A stretch of 51,132 nt of DNA from Sphaeroforma arctica JP610 (lineage: Eukaryota): contig NW_014040211.1 in assembly GCF_001186125.1 (NCBI RefSeq), forward strand, positions 1-51,132. Direction: 5' to 3'. Below the pieces are notes generated by a model. That model was given only the letters and a program-made list of their open reading frames with translations. It made no database searches and was not told the DNA's origin. Below are positions 47,047-51,132 of the stretch, in pieces. The stretch's first letter is position 1. Every line of letters begins with the position of its first letter. Made by a program: the position numbers and the translations under genes.

Positions 47047-48493
47047 TCTGAATCTTCTCAAACTTCTCAGAACAGCTCGAGGTGACTCGAACTGATCTGT
47101 ACAGTACGATTTTTAATTCACAATACTTTGGTCTTTTTATCAATGGGGTGTTTCTATTTATTGATATTAAACTTTTGCTACATAGAGAAAGTAGAGGATT
47201 ATAGTAGAAAGCCAAGTTGAGAACATCATCGCACTCAGTCATATTGGGTGCGGGAGTGAGAGAGGGAGATAGTGAGGGTCTCAGAGAGAGAGAGTTGAAA
47301 GTCGCGAGCCTTATCATGAAACTTTAACTGGGGCTCTGGGCTCTGAGCTCTGAGAAGGCACATTGCTGATATGACTCATACGAGTAACGAGTATGAAGTT
47401 CTGAAATGCCTGCTGAAGCTGCAGGTTTATGTACACTGTGCTATTAGTAACTAAATCGGATTGTGTCGCTTCGTAGTATATGACCTCAAATATATACCTG
47501 GTAGTGAACATTCTGTAGCGCAAACTGTGAATACCAAAAAAAGTATGAAAATGCAATAACTTGCGACTGCGAGCTTGCGAGGTCACACCCGTCATGGCCG
47601 CCACAGTAACTAATAAGGAAACTGCAGCCTCCGCAGCTTAGGCTGTTCAGCGGGCATTTCAGCTTCGAATATGTCGTAGCAGCCTATTCAACTTTCATTA
47701 TGTCGAGACACAGCCTTCTAAATCAAGCAGTCCAGAGTCCAGACTGTCACTTTTACTGTCTTAAAATACTGCTGCTCGCCATTTTCTAATCTCACTATTT
47801 TTCTCTCGAGAGAGTGGAAGATCAGAGAGTATTCAAAAAAAAAAACAGTAGCCTAGGTGGCTACTAGGTCCCAGGTCCCCGGGCCCAGGCCAGCCCCGGA
47901 CTCAGAGTCCCATAATAGCAAAACATGTCCGCAACTTTGCTCTATGCTATTTATTATTATCTATTTACCTCTACAGTGCACAGGCTCTACTCAGTCTCTC
48001 TAGCAATAGTGATCAATGATAAATACACACCAAAGGTAAAAGACCAAAACATTGTGAATTAAAAGTTCGATATGTACAGATCAGTTCGAGTTACCTCGAG
48101 GCTCGAGCTATATATTCTGAGAAGTTTGAAACGATTCAGATAAATGATACCGACACTCCATGATACCAACACACTCGTAAGAAAAATAAAGTGAAAAAAA
48201 AAACATTGTCTGAAACTTTGCGCAAAGCGAATTGAAAGTAAGACTAATTGCCAAATGATCATGATTGGCCGTTTAGGGGATTTTTTTATTATGGGTAGAT
48301 CACTCATTTGATCACTTGATCCAGCTGTTATTCATTTTAAATTTTATGTCACAGTTGTGAGTTGGTACTGAACTACTGGTACTCGGTAGTCGGTATATAC
48401 TGATGCGCGATGACAGTCATGGCACCAGAGTCCAGAGTGACCAGACACACAAGAAAACTGGTATGTAGAGGAAAGACATACTCTCTCTAGAGT

Positions 48494-48543
<50 letters not shown>

Positions 48544-48786
48544 GATCGTACATATTTAAAAATAGTGTAAAATAATGCGAAGGATGTCCATTCCGAGCTA
48601 AATTGTATTAAAACTGTAGGTCTTTGAAAATCACTGAGGTAGGTTCTCGAATACTATATACCATACTTTCATAGCTTGTGATCAATAAGAACTATAAACA
48701 ACAAGGAACAAACTGAAATATGAGCACTGACTAGGTCACTAGGAGCCAGGCTCGCCGGTTGAACAATGGCTGCCTCTCCTGTTCGG

Positions 48787-49695
48787 CGCCAGAAGTATGA
48801 CTGTCTCTCATCGGATCCAGATGTGATGGCTACTACCGCTGATATAGCCTGTGTTGAGAACAACCAATCTGTTTCATCTTACGACCAAAATTTCGTTGCC
48901 GACAGACATCGTGCCATGAGTCACATCGGGCGCGTTGAGACTACAGCCCGTTATTGTCGCCGCTGAATTTACTTGGTGCGGATGTGAATAGCCTTGGACT
49001 CACTTGCGAGCCATTTGGATGTTTACCATGTTGACTTGATTCTTGACAGTTCGACCTACCAGCTGAGGCTAAAATAACGACAGAGCTTATAGAGATGCAA
49101 TAAGACAGCCGCAGACGGTGAGATCAATGTTCTTCATCTTCAGATGGTTGTATTGAGGTTTCAAGGCTTTCACTAATGGCACTGGCTATGCGGCTAAGGC
49201 TTCGACGCTGAGGTTCTGTTTGAACCGCTTTCAAGGCGTTCAAAACTCAGAAGGGTAGCAATCCCCCAGCCAGCCCTACTTCAACAAAGTGTCGTTGCTA
49301 TGGAAGTAAACGTCGTCGACTCTAGAATTAGCCTACCCCATCCTACTTTAATTTGAGAGCGAGATGAAACGGACCTGTTCATAAGTGAGTTAGGACAGGT
49401 GTCGAGTCCAAGTACACCGGTCGCATTAGCGAACCCGGCGAAACAAGGGCTCGGCTCGCAAAGTTGCGGCCCGGAAATTTCACTCTCATATCTAATAGGG
49501 ATTGGAAGAACCCAGAACCAGACCAGATTTTGTTCTCACCTTTTCGTATAGTGTATTTTCAGGATCTGGTCTCGTTTTGGGTTTACAGTTGAGGATTAAA
49601 CTTGAATTAATAATGTTATTCAACGGTCCATTTCATGGCGCTCGAGTATCAAAGTTCGTTGGAACGGTTTAATAAAGAGCATTTTTCATATTACA
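48787..49695 (-). repeat. Right arm of the long inverted repeat
   Basis: It is the reverse complement of 37023-37553 and 38026-38695. ORFs 48669..48863 and 48766..48966 mirror ORFs 38619..39023 and 38441..38659. Confidence 0.9.
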
Positions 49696-51132
49696 CTCTC
49701 GGGGTCACTCAGGCTCGCGGTCTCTCATACGCAGAAAAAAATAGTTCAATTTTAATGGCCGTCTCCATGAAGCTTCCATAAATATACACACAACAGTAAA
49801 AAAATCATTTATTAGTTGAAGTATCAATTTTATTTGTATATAATATATATTTTTGTACCTGACGTTCATGTAAAATATTTGCATATACATATATTTTGTA
49901 CGTATTTATGCACGTAAATAAAATAATATTTCTTTATGTACGTAAAATTGACATTTAGAAATATATACGTACACACAATATAAAAATGCAAAGTATAAGA
50001 GAATATGTTTAGATATATGTATGTATGTATACACACGCACACATGCATTGACGTACACACACATCTGTCTACATACGCACACACGCATCGACAGACAGAT
50101 ATTTGTATACATACGCACTGAAGCACGTACACATAGACACTGACACAATACACATTTATATGTCTATGGTTTCCGGAATAACAGCAATGCGTCCTCTGAT
50201 GGTCGGCAATGATTTACATATGTAGCAGAAAAAACGGGTATGGTCCTGTTTATTGTCTATAACATTTGAATCACAGATCCACTTATGGCGATTGGAGGTG
50301 AATCACCTGTTCAGCTCAGCTCACTTGTAGAACACTACAGAACTCTTCCGAGAGCAAAGCCAGAGCCTGAATGAAGGTACACGTGTATGGAAGAAATATG
50401 AGTACGCTTACATATAAGCACACTTGTATGGATAAAATGTTGTACGCTTACATATAGGCGACGCAGAGGATTTCAGATGCATGAACCCTTTCTATTGGTA
50501 TGACTTCCAATCATCGCTGATGAAGGTACGGTTTGTACTTATTGCTCACTCCGCTGTAGCATAGGCACTGTTCCGGAGTGAAATACAAATTTGCAGGCCT
50601 ATGTCTCTAGGAGACCCAATTGTCATCACGTTAACGTTTTCTATGTTAATAGCGTTGAGCAAGCAGATACAATTGTCAACACGTTAACATTTTCTAGTCA
50701 GAGAGTTGAGCAAGCAGACACCCAGATAACTGTGGGGGACTACGTATAGGTACGCACTCTGTACTTTCACAATGTACACATATAAACATAACACATATAA
50801 GCACGGATGAGCACCAAGACACGAATATGCGTTAGTAAGAGGATATACAAACACGACGTACAATCACATTACATCCACTGCAGTATGCAAAAGTAGTAGA
50901 CGTGCGCCTTGGTGTCAAAAAGAGAGACATTCTCAGAAGTTGGTTGTAATTCTACACTGAAGAATCAGTTTACTTCGTATACCATGCGCTTGCACCTACC
51001 AAGACAGCCTCCAGCCCCAAAGTAAAACATTGTCTTATGCGTAGTCATAGGTGTATAGCCACGTGTTCCTATCCTATCCTATCCTATCCTATCTTATATC
51101 ATATCATATCATTAATTTTAATACTATATAAC

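Noticed and set aside
50170..50530. Possible + strand exons (e.g. EDFRCMNPFYWYDFQSSLMK, 50468-50526)
   Set aside because: The splice sites look plausible, but there is no consistent model or recognisable product.

Overview
Eukaryotic draft-assembly scaffold with N gaps, dense (TA)n/(CA)n microsatellites and many short GT-AG introns. The style resembles an ichthyosporean such as Sphaeroforma, which is inference only. The left 36 kb is genic. It holds a minus-strand APH/ecdysteroid-kinase-like exon, minus-strand exons encoding a WDR59/Sea3-like RWD domain, HOP2 (TBPIP) with a long Lys/Pro-rich N-terminal extension, MCM6 (one exon probably hidden in a gap) and a GT10 alpha-1,3-fucosyltransferase. 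Several minisatellites start exactly at splice sites. About 37.0-49.7 kb is a nested retroelement cluster bracketed by ~0.9 kb inverted repeats. Inside it, a decayed DIRS-type element (RT, RNase H, degenerate MT, start of YR) is interrupted by a Ty3/Gypsy-like element (gag, protease). The most notable signal is that this Gypsy-like family carries a DIRS/Dam-type N6-adenine methyltransferase domain with an intact NPPW motif. It is present in two diverged copies, and one lies in the same reading frame as a HHCC/DD35E integrase. A hammerhead-ribozyme-like fold sits in the element's leader. All calls come from reading the sequence by eye; no searches were run.
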